A stretch of 64,000 nucleotides of DNA from an uncultured Acidobacteriota bacterium (GCA_963804995.1 CAWDSK010000003.1:480001-544000), one strand, 5' to 3'. Positions 51,274-62,296 are shown, counted from the first letter of the stretch. Program-made: numbers and translations. The notes: generated by a model not told the origin, from the sequence alone.

Positions 51274-51732
51274 ATGGATTGGAAGGATTTTTTGCGGCGG
51301 GTATTTCTGCTTGACCTCGTCAAGGGTCTGCGACTGACGTTTTCCTACCAGCGGCCAGACGCAACTTACACGGAGCAGTATCCGCTGGAGCGGCTGCCTG
51401 TGGCGGAGCGTTATCGCGGTGCGCCGCGGCTGAACAACCATCCCGCGTCGGGCGAGACGCTGTGCATCGCCTGTAACTTATGCTCAATCGCCTGTCCGGA
51501 GAATTTGATCGTGGTGGGCTGGGCGCGCACGGAGGATCGCAAGAAGCGGTTGACCACTTTCACTTATGATCTTTCGCGCTGCATGTTCTGCGGGCTATGC
51601 GAGGACGCATGCCCCGTGGACGCGCTGGAGCTGACGCAGGATTTTGAGATCGCCTACTACTCGCGGGAAAGCATGATCTGGGACCGGCAGGCGCTTGAAG
51701 AAGGCCCCCAACCCGCGCGCTATACGTGCTAA
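51274..51732 (+). CDS. nuoI: NADH-quinone oxidoreductase subunit I (stand-alone)
   Basis: TEQYP, CIACNLC...CP, RCMFCGLCEDACPVDA. Confidence 0.88.
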   Translation: MDWKDFLRRVFLLDLVKGLRLTFSYQRPDATYTEQYPLERLPVAERYRGAPRLNNHPASGETLCIACNLCSIACPENLIVVGWARTEDRKKRLTTFTYDLSRCMFCGLCEDACPVDALELTQDFEIAYYSRESMIWDRQALEEGPQPARYTC

Positions 51733-51983
51733 TTATTCCCCGGCGGTGTAAAACCACTCTTCCAGAGTAATTTGCCGATTTCCTGACATGAGGAAAGGCA
51801 CCCGTGCGTCCGCTCAACCGCCCAGACACACCTATATGCAGACAAGCCTAGCGCCCGCACGGAAAAGCCTCTTTTTTATTGAGCCCTGAAATTCAGAGAG
51901 TCTTCCCCTATCGCAGACTTCGCCCTGTGACTTCCGCCGCAGGCAGGCGCCGCGGGTCGCCACGGCGACCCGCGGTTCAAACA

Positions 51984-52283
51984 CTATTTCTTCTTGGGGG
52001 GCACAACAGCGTCTTTGAACGCTTTGGCCAGACGGAACTTCACGACGGTCTTGGCCGGGATCTTGATCGGCTCGCCTGTCTGGGGGTTCCGACCCATCCG
52101 AGCCTTGCGGTTCGCCTTAACCGCTTTGCCTAGCCCTGGGATTACGAACTGACCCGAGCTCTTAGCTTCCTTGGTTGCCAATGAAACGAGCTCCTCCAGA
52201 ACTCCCGCTGCCGCCTTCTTCTGGATGCCCATCTTCTCTGCCAGGTGAGACACCACTTGTGATTTGGTCATCACTTTCGCCAT
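51984..52283 (-). CDS. hup: HU family DNA-binding protein
   Basis: MTKSQ, PGLG, RKARMGRNPQTGE.IKIPAK.VVKF. Confidence 0.92.
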   Translation of the reverse strand: MAKVMTKSQVVSHLAEKMGIQKKAAAGVLEELVSLATKEAKSSGQFVIPGLGKAVKANRKARMGRNPQTGEPIKIPAKTVVKFRLAKAFKDAVVPPKKK

Positions 52284-52513
52284 TTGCTGCTCCTCCCTCA
52301 ATGCAGGTTTGTTGTTTGAGACCGTGACATGAATGCCGAGCCACAATGTAGACAATTACTATCAAGCTGTCAAGTGATTTTAACTCCGGGGTACTCGTGA
52401 AAGCCAGAGAAAATGCGGCTGCGGTAGAGGCCCACCGACCTTGAATTACGAAATCTGCCGGGTGACAATTGCAAACCTGCCGGGGTTTCGCTATATTCCA
52501 AGTGGAGGTCCGG

Positions 52514-52738
52514 ATGCCGCTCTTTGAATTTAAGTGTCGCGAGTGTGGAACTAAGTTCGAAAAGATCGTTCCCACTTCGTCAACCAAAGTTGTGTGCAAG
52601 CAGTGTAAGAGCCCACGCGTGGAAAAGCTGCTATCAGTGTTTGCTGTGGCGGGGTCGTCGCGCTCTGAGGCCTCCTTCGAATCCGGCCCCTGCGGTGCTT
52701 GCGGAGCGGCGCAACGCGGGATGTGCGGAGTCGAATAA
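52514..52738 (+). CDS. FmdB family zinc-ribbon protein
   Basis: MPLFEFKC..CG..FE...C..C.S...KLLS.F; GGAGG RBS. Confidence 0.88.
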   Translation: MPLFEFKCRECGTKFEKIVPTSSTKVVCKQCKSPRVEKLLSVFAVAGSSRSEASFESGPCGACGAAQRGMCGVE

Positions 52739-52824
52739 TTCTCGCTCCTTTCGTGAGCCCATGGAAGCCACCGACTTCCCCCATTGAGATTTCAGCTTTC
52801 GTCGCGTAGACCCGCGAGCCTAAC

Positions 52825-53665
52825 TTGAATCAGCCACGCATTCCCAACCTGCGTCTCGGCACCTCGAGTTGGTCAAGCGAAGACTGGGTGGGAACCTTCT
52901 ACCCACCCGGCACGCCTCCTGCCGATTTTCTCAGCCACTACGCGCAGCACTTTGACACCGTAGAAGTCGACTCCACCTACTATCGGATTCCCTCTGAGTC
53001 GATGGTCAGAAACTGGCGCGCCCGCACTCCGGCGGGTTTCAGCTTCGCCGCCAAGTTTCCGCAAGTGATCACACACGAAAAGGTTATGCAGGATTGCCGC
53101 AAAGATGTGGAGGATTTCTTGCGCACCATGGCGCTGCTCGAAGACCGCCTGGGGCCACTCCTGTTGCAGTTCCCCTACTTCAACAAGAAGGCGTTCGGGC
53201 GCCTGGAAGATTTTCTCGCGCGGCTCGAGCCTTTTCTCGATGGACTTCCCGAACGTCTTCTCCTATGCGGTCGAGGTGCGCAACAAATACTGGGTCGACG
53301 CGCGCCTACTCGATGCACTCCGCAAGCGGAAAGTGGCGTTTGCCTTAATCGATCACCCCTGGATGACACCCATACCCCCCTTGATGAGCAAGCTGGATCT
53401 GGTCACCGCTGACTTCGCTTACGTCCGATGGCTCGGCGACCGGAAGGGCATCGAAGAAAAGACCCGGCATTGGGACCGCATCATCGTCGACCGCGAACAT
53501 GAAATGCAGACCTGGATTCCGGTGATCCGCCAGCTTCTGAAACGTGGCATCAAGGTCATGGGATACTTCAACAACCATTACGCCGGCTTCGCCCCCGGGT
53601 CGATCGAACTTTTTCATCGCGAATGGGAACGACTGCGCAACGACATGAGCCCCCACAGCGGATAG
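52825..53665 (+). pseudogene. DUF72 (YecE) family protein, frameshift near 53252 (possibly artefact)
   Basis: GTSSW...W.G.FYP, VE.DST.Y, L.QFP in one frame; AVEVRN, YVRW.G, YFNNH in the next. Confidence 0.85.
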
Positions 53666-53742
53666 AGGCCCAGGGGTGGTCACGACATAACAATTCCGCC
53701 AATCTTGATGAGAGGCGACCACGGTTACGGGAGTCATTGGGA

Positions 53743-54570
53743 ATGCCGTCAATTCGGATGGAAATCAGGCTGCTGAAGGACCCCGACGAGTACCGTCAAT
53801 GCGAGCGACTCCAGAGGCACGCTTGGGGGACGCTCGACGTGGGCGCCGGTGTCCTTACGGCAATGCAGAAGGCTGGTGGGGTCGTCATTGGAACGATTGT
53901 CAACGGTTGAGTGGCAGGTTTCCTCTGTGCGTTTCTCGCCCGTTACGACGGCCGCCTGATTCACTGGTCACACATGATGGCCGTGGAAGCCAGGCTTCGC
54001 AACCAAGGCTGCGGCTTTCGGATGAAACTCCTGCACCGCGAGCTGGCGCTCGAACGTGGCATCAAGTGCATCTGCTGGACGTACGACCCTTTACAGAGCC
54101 GGAATGCCAAGTTGAATATTTCGCGCCTGGGTGGCGTTGTAGAAGAATATACGCCGGACTGTTACGGCCACTTTCCCAGTGTGATCGAAAAGGGCTTGCC
54201 CAGCGATCGTTTCGTGGTCAACTGGCGCATTGGAACCTCGCGTGTTGCGCAGCGGCTCCGCGGTGAAACTCCGCCCTTCGATCTATCGCTCGCACGAGTG
54301 AACGAAACTCGGATGAACACACGGGGCTTTCCGGAGAATCTTAACCTTCAACTCAACCTGACCCATCCGCTTTTGCTGGTAGAGATTCCCGCCCAGACCG
54401 ATCACATGCGGTCGCGCGCTCTGCCATTGGCGCGCCGCTGGCGCCTGGAAACGCGGCGCATCTTCTCGCATTATTTCTCGGCAGGATATCGCGTGGAGGA
54501 TTTCTATCCGCCGGACCCAGCAACCGATGGCAGATGCTTCTATTTGTTGCGCCGCACTCAGCGCCGCTGA
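53743..54570 (+). pseudogene. Predicted GNAT acetyltransferase with in-frame TGA at 53908-53910 (possibly artefact)
   Basis: Same-frame ORFs join as GTIVNG*VAGF; HWSHMMAV, WTYDPLQ.RNA..N..RLG, SDRF. Confidence 0.8.
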
Positions 54571-54594
54571 AAATCAATTTCACATCCTTAAAAC

Positions 54595-55743
54595 CTACTC
54601 GGGAAAAGGCGCCCCAGCACGGACGATACGAATGCGGTGGTCCGTGTATGAGGAGTGCGAGCCCGGTACTTCAACCTGCTGCATATGGCAGAGCACACAG
54701 TTCTGCTTGCCAACTGGGCAGGGCTTCCCCGGCTGAGCTTTGCTCGACGTTGCGCCAGCCTGCGAGGCGTGACAAGACAAGCACTTGGCGTCGTAGGCCG
54801 CAGTTTCCTGCACGAGAGCACTGTGAGGGTTGTGGCAGAACGTGCACCGGCTGCGCTTGTCGTTGGGATTCCAGCAGCGGCTCTTGGTCAGGCGATAGGG
54901 CTGCGAAAGCACGGTACGGATTCCGCGCAGGGCGCCATTTTTAACGTCCTGAAAATGATGACACTCACCGCAGAACTCCATCTCCTCGTCGGGCTTGAGC
55001 CGCCCGGGATCAAATATCTGCGCATGTTGGAGATTCCCGGCTTTCATGGCCGCAGCGTGCTTCGCTCCAGGTCCATGGCAGGCTTCGCAGGTAATCCCAA
55101 GGGCCAGACGGTCACTATCAAGAGGAGCATCGACGCCGTTCACTGTGCCATGACATCCCAGGCAAGACCGGATGCGGTCAGATGTGAGACGGTCTCCAAG
55201 GGCAGCTTCGAGCGATGGCGCCGTGGCCGTCGGGGGGCTGCCCACAAATAAGAGCTTCCCCATTCCCGAGTAATAACTGACCGGCACCTGGTAGTAGCCA
55301 CCATTGTGCTGAATCAAGTAGCTCTGGTGAACAATCCCCGTCCCCACAGCCAGGACAACGGGCTCCGTGATTTTGCCGTGCGTGTCACTTACCGAAAAGA
55401 GGACCTGCTTGCCCTCATTGCTGATCAAATATGTATAGGGTCCTTGCTCAACGCTTAATGTGGGATGCTGGCGGAGAATAGCCGATTCGGCCGGCCGCGT
55501 GGCGGCATTCGCCATGTCGGTTATCTTTTGCGTTGCATGTATCGCACCGTGACATTCCGCACAAGTCTGCCCGCCGATGTAGTCCGCAGGTTGGGCGGTG
55601 GTACTGTTAGACTTCCAGGTCACATTCTCATCGCCGCCGCGGCTTCGCGCCCAAGCGTGTAAGGGCCCAAACTCGCCCAGAACGCTACTCACTGCAAACG
55701 CGGCAATGGCCAGGATTACAAATCTTCTGCTTGCGATCTGCAT
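54595..55743 (-). CDS. Multiheme c-type cytochrome (c554/c552-like), 7 CxxCH
   Basis: CAECH, CLGCH, CEACHGPG, CGECH, CTFCH, CLSCH, CVLCH; signal peptide. Confidence 0.88.
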   Translation of the reverse strand: MQIASRRFVILAIAAFAVSSVLGEFGPLHAWARSRGGDENVTWKSNSTTAQPADYIGGQTCAECHGAIHATQKITDMANAATRPAESAILRQHPTLSVEQGPYTYLISNEGKQVLFSVSDTHGKITEPVVLAVGTGIVHQSYLIQHNGGYYQVPVSYYSGMGKLLFVGSPPTATAPSLEAALGDRLTSDRIRSCLGCHGTVNGVDAPLDSDRLALGITCEACHGPGAKHAAAMKAGNLQHAQIFDPGRLKPDEEMEFCGECHHFQDVKNGALRGIRTVLSQPYRLTKSRCWNPNDKRSRCTFCHNPHSALVQETAAYDAKCLSCHASQAGATSSKAQPGKPCPVGKQNCVLCHMQQVEVPGSHSSYTDHRIRIVRAGAPFPE

Positions 55744-55911
55744 CGAAAAACCCCCGGTATGACGAAATAGTTGAGGTCTCGGAGAAGAAGGTTGACAATC
55801 TCCGCCCAAACCATACGCTCGTTTCCCAATCCGCGTCAACCGTTTCTCCTGTAGGCTTGAATCCCAGCCCACTTCCCAATAGAATCGTGGTCCTCAACAT
55901 GAAGGGATACG

Positions 55912-56364
55912 ATGGAAGTGAAATTCGCGGGAAACGAATCCGTCGCGGAGGCCATTATGCGCCTGCTCCGCAGTGCGTCCGGCTCCATTGACGCGGCGCT
56001 TTATCGCGTGAACCATCCCCGCCTGGTGCAGGTGTTGGAAGAGGCCGTGCAGCGAGGAGTTCGCGTCCGCCTGCTAGTCGACGGCAACAAGTACAATGAA
56101 AGCCGCTCCACGCAGGCCCTTCTCAGTAGTGCCATCATCCCGTTTCGCCTGGCCTATGGCCGGCGGGGGCTCGGTTCTAAGATGCACCACAAGTTCGTAA
56201 TTGTAGATCGGCAGACGGTACTCACCGGGAGCTACAACTGGACCCTGGAATCTGAAAGCGAAAACCATGAGAACCTCGTCATTCTGGAAGGCGGGCAGCC
56301 GGTCGAGGCCTACGCGCGGGAGTTCGAGACCTTGTGGAGTGGCACAGGAAACCTTGACGTGTAA
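55912..56364 (+). CDS. Phospholipase D/Nuc-like single HKD protein
   Basis: MHHKFVIVD...TGSYNWT...N.EN. Confidence 0.88.
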   Translation: MEVKFAGNESVAEAIMRLLRSASGSIDAALYRVNHPRLVQVLEEAVQRGVRVRLLVDGNKYNESRSTQALLSSAIIPFRLAYGRRGLGSKMHHKFVIVDRQTVLTGSYNWTLESESENHENLVILEGGQPVEAYAREFETLWSGTGNLDV

Positions 56365-56409
56365 GAGTCCGGATGGCGTCTATTCAAATTCTTGTTCGGG
56401 GTGCGACAA

Positions 56410-56958
56410 ATGACCACCAAGGAATCTGATGAGGGCCGGGTGGAACTTCCGGCCAGCTACGAGCTCTACATCATGCGGCATGGGATCGCCGTGGTGCGAG
56501 GTGGTACCACCCTTCTCGATGATGCCAAGCGCCCCCTCACGCCGGAAGGCAAACAGAAGATGCGGGATATTGTTGCTGGCCTCGTGCGCATCGGGTTTGA
56601 CGTGGATTGGATCATCTCAAGCCCCCTGGTGCGCGCGGTGGAAACCGCAGAAATCGTGGGTGAGGCATTGAGTTCGAAGCCTCCTTTGGAATTTTGTGAG
56701 GCGCTCCGTCCCGGCGGATCCGGCGAGGCGCTGATCGCCTTTATTGCCAAGCGGCCCAATCGCCGGCGAGTGCTTGTGGTCGGTCACGAGCCTGACCTGG
56801 GAGAACTGGCAGCAAGACTGATGGGCGCCGGCCGCAACGCCAACATGGCATTCAAGAAGGGGGGGTGCTGCCTGATCACTTTCAATGAATTCCCACCCAA
56901 GTCACCCGGCCGATTGATGTGGTGGCTGCCGCCTCGCATCATGCGAAAACTGGGGTGA
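56410..56958 (+). CDS. sixA: Phosphohistidine phosphatase SixA
   Basis: MRHG.A, D..RPLT..G, SSPLVRA.ETA, VGHEP. Confidence 0.9.
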   Translation: MTTKESDEGRVELPASYELYIMRHGIAVVRGGTTLLDDAKRPLTPEGKQKMRDIVAGLVRIGFDVDWIISSPLVRAVETAEIVGEALSSKPPLEFCEALRPGGSGEALIAFIAKRPNRRRVLVVGHEPDLGELAARLMGAGRNANMAFKKGGCCLITFNEFPPKSPGRLMWWLPPRIMRKLG

Positions 56959-57306
56959 CTCATCGACCCTTCGAAAACCCCATGACCGTGGCCGAGCGGC
57001 AACCGCGTGAGCCCTCGAGAGGGAAGGAAGACTTCCGACCGTACATTCCCTACGACCCGACGAGCGAGCCGGCAGCACCGCGGAAGGTTTTACTCCCGAA
57101 GCGCCCCTCGACCCGACAATCCGCTGGCCTGTTGCATCCGCGCGCGTGTCGAGTCAGAATAGGGCCTCGCGGAATTGTCTGGTCATGCGTCATCGAGGTG
57201 AGCGCTGACCGCGAAAGAAACTTCTACAGCTAGCAAGGACCGCGAAACGTCGCTGCCTTAGGGCAGGAACCACCGAGGGCCATCATAGATTGAAGAAGGA
57301 GAAGTT

Positions 57307-57687
57307 ATGAAAGCAGTAGGAGGCGTCCTGGGATTGGTGATCGTAGTCGCGATCATTTGGTTCGTGATGAAGTCGCAGTTCACACAGGGACCCATGGGCG
57401 GGCAGCCCCCCAAGGAGGTCATCGACGTGGTGGGGGTAAAGAACGATCTGCTGGCCATCGCGCAGTCTGAGCGGATGTATCTGGCCAGCCACGGGTCCTA
57501 TGCCTCGATCGAACAGCTTCAACAGGAAGGCTCGTTACTGTTCTCCGGCTCGAACCATCGCGGTTATAGCTTTACCGCGGATGTGGATGGCGGACAGCAC
57601 TTCAAAATTACGGCCGCACCTGCCGACCCCGCCAAGGCCGGATGGCCAACCCTCTCGATCGACGAGACGATGGAGGTAACGCAGTAA
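57307..57687 (+). CDS. Hypothetical pilin-like membrane-anchored protein
   Basis: N-terminal TM, then L..IA..E..Y....G.Y and GY.F...F..TA.P pattern. Confidence 0.6.
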   Translation: MKAVGGVLGLVIVVAIIWFVMKSQFTQGPMGGQPPKEVIDVVGVKNDLLAIAQSERMYLASHGSYASIEQLQQEGSLLFSGSNHRGYSFTADVDGGQHFKITAAPADPAKAGWPTLSIDETMEVTQ

Positions 57688-57839
57688 AGCCTTGCCCGTG
57701 GTCCGTTGTCCCTGATCCTTGGCAAGCCTTCAGTCCTCAGTTGTAAATAAAGAACCCGAGGAGGAAAGCAGGCTGATCAGCAACGAATGAGAACTGACAG
57801 CAGACCCGGAACCTAGCACACCGAAACCAAGGAGACCCC

Positions 57840-58868
57840 ATGCGTGTCGAAGCGCGAGCCCCAGCGCGAGTTGATCTGGCGGGCGGAACGGTGGACATCT
57901 GGCCGCTCTACCTGTTTCATCCCGGCGCACAAACAGTTAATATTGCTATACGTTGTTATGCCTCTTGTGTGATTGAAACGCGGGCCGACCGGCGCATTGT
58001 CCTGGCCTCGCAGGACCAGGGGTTGCGGGAAAGCTGGGAGAACCTGACCGACCTCTCCCTGGGCAAGTCGCAATTACCGCTGCTCCGTGAGCTCGTGATG
58101 TTTTTTGAGCCGCGCCGCGGACTGAACATTCGCACCAGCTCGCAAGTGCCGGCCGGAGCGGGTCTGGGCGGCTCGTCAGCGCTGAACATCGCCCTGTGCG
58201 GCGCCCTGGCGCGGGTAACGGGCAAGCGCTGCACGCGTGGCGCGATCCTGGAGATTGCCAAGAATGTGGAGGCCATTGTCATCCGCGTGCCCACCGGCTG
58301 GCAGGACTACTTCCCGGCGCTTTACGGTGGCGCCAATTCCGTGCATCTCAAGCGCGACGGGGTAAAAGTCGAACGCCTGCCCCTTCCCTTCCCCGACGTG
58401 GAGAAACGTTTTGTGCTCTGTTATACGGGCCAGCCGCGCAACTCCGCTATCAACAATTGGGAAGTCATGAAAGCCCACATCGACAACGACGAGCGAGTGC
58501 TTAAGAACTTTGACGAAATCACCACCATCGCCAGCCAGATGCGCGAAGCCTTGGTGGCCAGAGATTGGAACGATGTGGCCGAACTCCTGGCGCTCGAATG
58601 GGAGAATCGCAAGCGCAATTTCAAAGGCATCTCCACACCCAAGATCGATCGCATGATCGAACAGACTCGCAAGCATGGGACCCTGGCCGCCAAGGTTTGT
58701 GGCGCCGGGGGCGGCGGATGCGTTGTGTTCATGGTCCGCCCAGGGACCAAACCGGCCGTCGAAGGCGTCCTGACCCGCTTGGGGGGTGAAATCATCAACT
58801 TCGGCATCTCGCGTACAGGCCTGGAAGTTCATGCCGATCCGATGGAACGAACCCGGGAAGTTCGATGA
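57840..58868 (+). CDS. GHMP family sugar kinase (HddA-like)
   Basis: AP.RVDLAGG..D, P.GAGLGGSS, G.QD, KVCGAGGGG. Confidence 0.88.
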   Translation: MRVEARAPARVDLAGGTVDIWPLYLFHPGAQTVNIAIRCYASCVIETRADRRIVLASQDQGLRESWENLTDLSLGKSQLPLLRELVMFFEPRRGLNIRTSSQVPAGAGLGGSSALNIALCGALARVTGKRCTRGAILEIAKNVEAIVIRVPTGWQDYFPALYGGANSVHLKRDGVKVERLPLPFPDVEKRFVLCYTGQPRNSAINNWEVMKAHIDNDERVLKNFDEITTIASQMREALVARDWNDVAELLALEWENRKRNFKGISTPKIDRMIEQTRKHGTLAAKVCGAGGGGCVVFMVRPGTKPAVEGVLTRLGGEIINFGISRTGLEVHADPMERTREVR

Positions 58869-59827
58869 ATTGGGATCAACTCTTTATTGTTGACGACCGC
58901 TTGCGCCCCATCTGGCGCTTCTTCATTTCCGTCATCCTCCTCTTGCTTGCCTACGTGTTTGCCGGAGACTTTGCGGGGTTGGTATTCCGCGCCTTGCGGG
59001 TCCATCCCGAGCCCTTGGTGGGCTTCCTCGCGATAAGTCTGGTGAGCCTGCTTTTGATTCTCACCGCCTTCAAGTTTCTGACAGCGGTTTTCGAGCGGCG
59101 CTCCCTGGGCTCTGTAGGATTGGCCTTTCACCCCCGCTGGGGAATCGAACTCGGTCACGGGCTGGTGTTGGGCGCGGCGATGACCTTCGCCGCCGTCGCG
59201 CTCGAGTGGGCTGGCGGCTGGGCGCGCTTTACCTATGTGCCGCACCCCATGCTGCGGGCAGGGACCTTCACCTTCCTGCTGTTTGCTGTGGCGGCCATCA
59301 GTGAGGAGGCCACCTTCCGCGGGTACCCCTTCCAAAGGCTGGTGGAATCCATCACCCCGGGGTGCGCCATTGCCGTCACCTCCGCCGTGTTTGGTCTTTT
59401 GCATCTAGGAAACCCCCACCACACCTGGATCTCCACCCTCAACACCATGCTGGTAGGAGTCCCCTTCGCTATCGCTTACTTGCGAACGCGCTCGCTGTGG
59501 ATGCCTATCGGGATGCATTTTATTTGGAATTTCCTTCTGGGTTTCGTAGTGGGGCTGCCCGTGAGCGGCCTCAATCTTCCTGGCAGCCTCCTTGAGGCGC
59601 AGGTGCACGGCGCACCCTGGTTGACGGGCGCCGAGTACGGACCGGAAGGCGGCTTGCTGGCAACGGGCGTAATTGTGCTTGCCACGGTGTACGTGATGTC
59701 CTCAAAAGGCATCTATACAACGGAGGAAATGAACGCCCTGGTCTCGGGGCCCCCTCCGCTGCCCAAACCTGATGAGCCGCTCTCGATCTTCGCAACGGCC
59801 GCGGAGGATGAGTCGAAACGAGCCTGA
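58865..59827 (+). CDS. CPBP/Abi family intramembrane metalloprotease
   Basis: EE..FRGY, FG..H, H..WN, YGPEG. Confidence 0.88.
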   Translation: MNWDQLFIVDDRLRPIWRFFISVILLLLAYVFAGDFAGLVFRALRVHPEPLVGFLAISLVSLLLILTAFKFLTAVFERRSLGSVGLAFHPRWGIELGHGLVLGAAMTFAAVALEWAGGWARFTYVPHPMLRAGTFTFLLFAVAAISEEATFRGYPFQRLVESITPGCAIAVTSAVFGLLHLGNPHHTWISTLNTMLVGVPFAIAYLRTRSLWMPIGMHFIWNFLLGFVVGLPVSGLNLPGSLLEAQVHGAPWLTGAEYGPEGGLLATGVIVLATVYVMSSKGIYTTEEMNALVSGPPPLPKPDEPLSIFATAAEDESKRA

Positions 59828-59870
59828 CCCTATGTCTTTCCGGTATGGTGGCCAACCCGCCTGCCTTGAA

Positions 59871-60629
59871 ATGGCCAGCCTCAGCCGGCTCGAACGCTGC
59901 TTGTGGCTGGTCGCTGCCTTGCTGGTGATCCCCGGTGGCTTCTCCAAAGAACCCATGGACCGCAATGCGCGCGAAGATTTGATTCGCGGTTTGCTCAAGG
60001 AAGTGGCGGTGAGCAAAGTCCCCATGCCGCGCGGGAAAAAGGGCTTGCGCGTGGATACCCAGGGGAGGATCGATCAACGCGATGCCGAATCGGAAATCCG
60101 CACCAACGGTATGGCCATTCGTCCCGGCATGCCGGTGGAGATTACTAGAATCGCTTTCAAGTCAGACGAAGTAATTTTCGAGCTCAATGGAGGCGGCAAA
60201 TCCGGAAAAAAATGGTATCAGCACATCGAAATCGGCATGGGAACCCAGACCAGCCCCATCGGTTCGCAGCAACCGCCCACGCTCGCCTATGGGTCATCCA
60301 TCACGGTGGCCTTGGGCAAGTCCTCGCCGGACCTCACCGTCCCCCAGGTAAAGAAAATCCTCGCTGGGGTCCTCGATTTTGAACGTCACTCGCCTACGGT
60401 GCTGTACTCACCCGTCGTTCCACCCAAGGTCAAAGAAGCCATTAAGAAACACGAAGTCCTGGTGGGAATGGACCGCGACGCCGTGCTTTCTGCCAAAGGG
60501 ACGCCGGACCGGCGGGTGCGCGAGACCCGGGACGGGGTCGAGCAGGAGGATTGGATTTACGGAATCCCCCCTCACGTCCTCTTTGTGACCTTCGATGGTG
60601 ACCAGGTTGTGTCGGTAAAGCAATTTTAA
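59871..60629 (+). CDS. Hypothetical secreted protein (BamE/SmpA-like C-terminus)
   Basis: Signal peptide; VGM....V....G.PD...E.WIY. Confidence 0.65.
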   Translation: MASLSRLERCLWLVAALLVIPGGFSKEPMDRNAREDLIRGLLKEVAVSKVPMPRGKKGLRVDTQGRIDQRDAESEIRTNGMAIRPGMPVEITRIAFKSDEVIFELNGGGKSGKKWYQHIEIGMGTQTSPIGSQQPPTLAYGSSITVALGKSSPDLTVPQVKKILAGVLDFERHSPTVLYSPVVPPKVKEAIKKHEVLVGMDRDAVLSAKGTPDRRVRETRDGVEQEDWIYGIPPHVLFVTFDGDQVVSVKQF

Positions 60630-60676
60630 GGGGAAAACCGATTGTTTCCTTCCTCAAAACATGGTGAACTGAACGC

Positions 60677-61801
60677 ATGAAAACTGAACTTCCGAGAATT
60701 GTTTTTGGTCTGACCCTGGGGTTCATCTGTTTAGTCTGCGCTGCCGCCGGGCCCCGCCCCACCAAGCACAATACGGCCCCGGAGGCCTCCACGCCTGGTG
60801 CGAAGACTTGTCCAAGCCCTGAGGAGAGCGCGAAGAGTGTTGCCGAAGAACCCGTGGCCCTGGTAGCCGGGCAGCCCATCTATGAGCGGGACATCGCAAA
60901 TAGGGTTGCGTCACAAGTCCTCCAACTCCACCAACAGGAATATCAGATCAAAAGCAAGGCGCTTGAGGACCTGATTCGCCAGAAGCTCGTCGAAGCCGAA
61001 GCCAAGAAGCGGGGGCTCAGCGTCGACAAGCTGTACGTGGAGGAAGTTGATGCCAAAGTTCCCACCCCGAGCGACGACGAGGTGGAGGGTTACTATCTGG
61101 CCGTCAAGGCTCAGCTCAACCAGCCTCTCCAGCAGGTTAAGCCGCAGCTTCAAAATGCTTTGAAAACACTCAAGACTCAGCAAGCGCGGCAGGAGTACGC
61201 GGATTCCCTGCGCGCCAAAGCAGACGTTGCCGTGCTGCTGCGGCCACCCAAAGTCAATGTGACCTATGACCCGGCCCGCCTGCGAGGAGACCCCAAGGCT
61301 CCCATAACCATCGTGGAGTTTTCGGATTTTCAATGCCCCTACTGCAAGCAGACTGAGGCCACCCTGAAAAACGTACTCAGCAAGTACAATGGCCAAGTAA
61401 ACGTGGCCTTCCGTGACTTTCCCCTGGGACCTGTCCACCCCCATGCGGAGATGGCCGCGGAGGCTGCCCGCTGCGCCGGTGAACAGGGTAAGTTCTGGGA
61501 ATTTCACGACGCGCTGTTCGACGATCAGTCCAAGCTGGATGAGCCCGGCCTCAACGCAACCGCCCAGAAGCTCGGCCTGGATGCGAACTCGTTCCAGTCT
61601 TGCCTGACATCCGGAAAGTACAAGGTCCAAGTCTCGCAGGATGAAGAAGACGGAAAGAAGGCGGGAGTCACCGGCACGCCGGGCTTTTTCGTTGCGGGGA
61701 TCTTTGTCAACGGCGCGCAACCGGAGGCAGAGTTCGACAAAATCATCGATGCCGAATTGGTGGCCCTCAAAAACCAAACCTCCGTGCGGGCCTCCCACTG
61801 A
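60677..61801 (+). CDS. DsbA/thioredoxin family protein with SurA-like N-domain
   Basis: EFSDFQCPYC, FPL..H..A, GVTGTP.FF, GAQP. Confidence 0.9.
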   Translation: MKTELPRIVFGLTLGFICLVCAAAGPRPTKHNTAPEASTPGAKTCPSPEESAKSVAEEPVALVAGQPIYERDIANRVASQVLQLHQQEYQIKSKALEDLIRQKLVEAEAKKRGLSVDKLYVEEVDAKVPTPSDDEVEGYYLAVKAQLNQPLQQVKPQLQNALKTLKTQQARQEYADSLRAKADVAVLLRPPKVNVTYDPARLRGDPKAPITIVEFSDFQCPYCKQTEATLKNVLSKYNGQVNVAFRDFPLGPVHPHAEMAAEAARCAGEQGKFWEFHDALFDDQSKLDEPGLNATAQKLGLDANSFQSCLTSGKYKVQVSQDEEDGKKAGVTGTPGFFVAGIFVNGAQPEAEFDKIIDAELVALKNQTSVRASH

Positions 61802-61846
61802 GTATATTGTCTTCGAAAAGAGATAATATGCCGCCCTACCTTCACT

Positions 61847-62296
61847 TTTGGGCTGCCGGTAGCCCAAAGGTGTGTTTATCCCATTGACATACACTACTCG
61901 GTTAAGCGCACAATAGAGATGGGGAAGCGTGGCGAAGGCTCCGTCATGGTCCGCAGCATGAGAAGACCCGCGGACGCCATAATCGGGGCATGCGCCACAC
62001 GCTTCCTCCCCTCTGGAGCCTCGAATGTCCTTCCTAAAGCAGACGGTTATCGAGTCTGGCGGAAGTAGTGGCGTTCCAACTGGATTCGCCCTCACAAACC
62101 CGCCGACAAACGTCCGGGAAGGGGCACTGATCGTAGAGATGTTAAAAATGAAGGTCGATCCGGCGATGTGTATGAAAACACAGGAGAAGGGACAAAATGT
62201 CAGGCTATTATTCGAGCCTTTTTGCAGAAAATTCCGGAGTTTTGCGAGAAATGATGACAATCGATCAGGATTGTGGGGCGAGAAAACACGGATTAC
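61847..62296 (+). repeat. ~450-bp dispersed repeat, uninterrupted copy B
   Basis: Palindrome and promoter head match 38350-38421; body matches 40694-40944. Confidence 0.8.

Noticed and set aside
53908..53910. Genome-wide TGA reassignment
   Set aside because: Many intact genes here terminate at TGA (e.g. lepB, qor, sixA)
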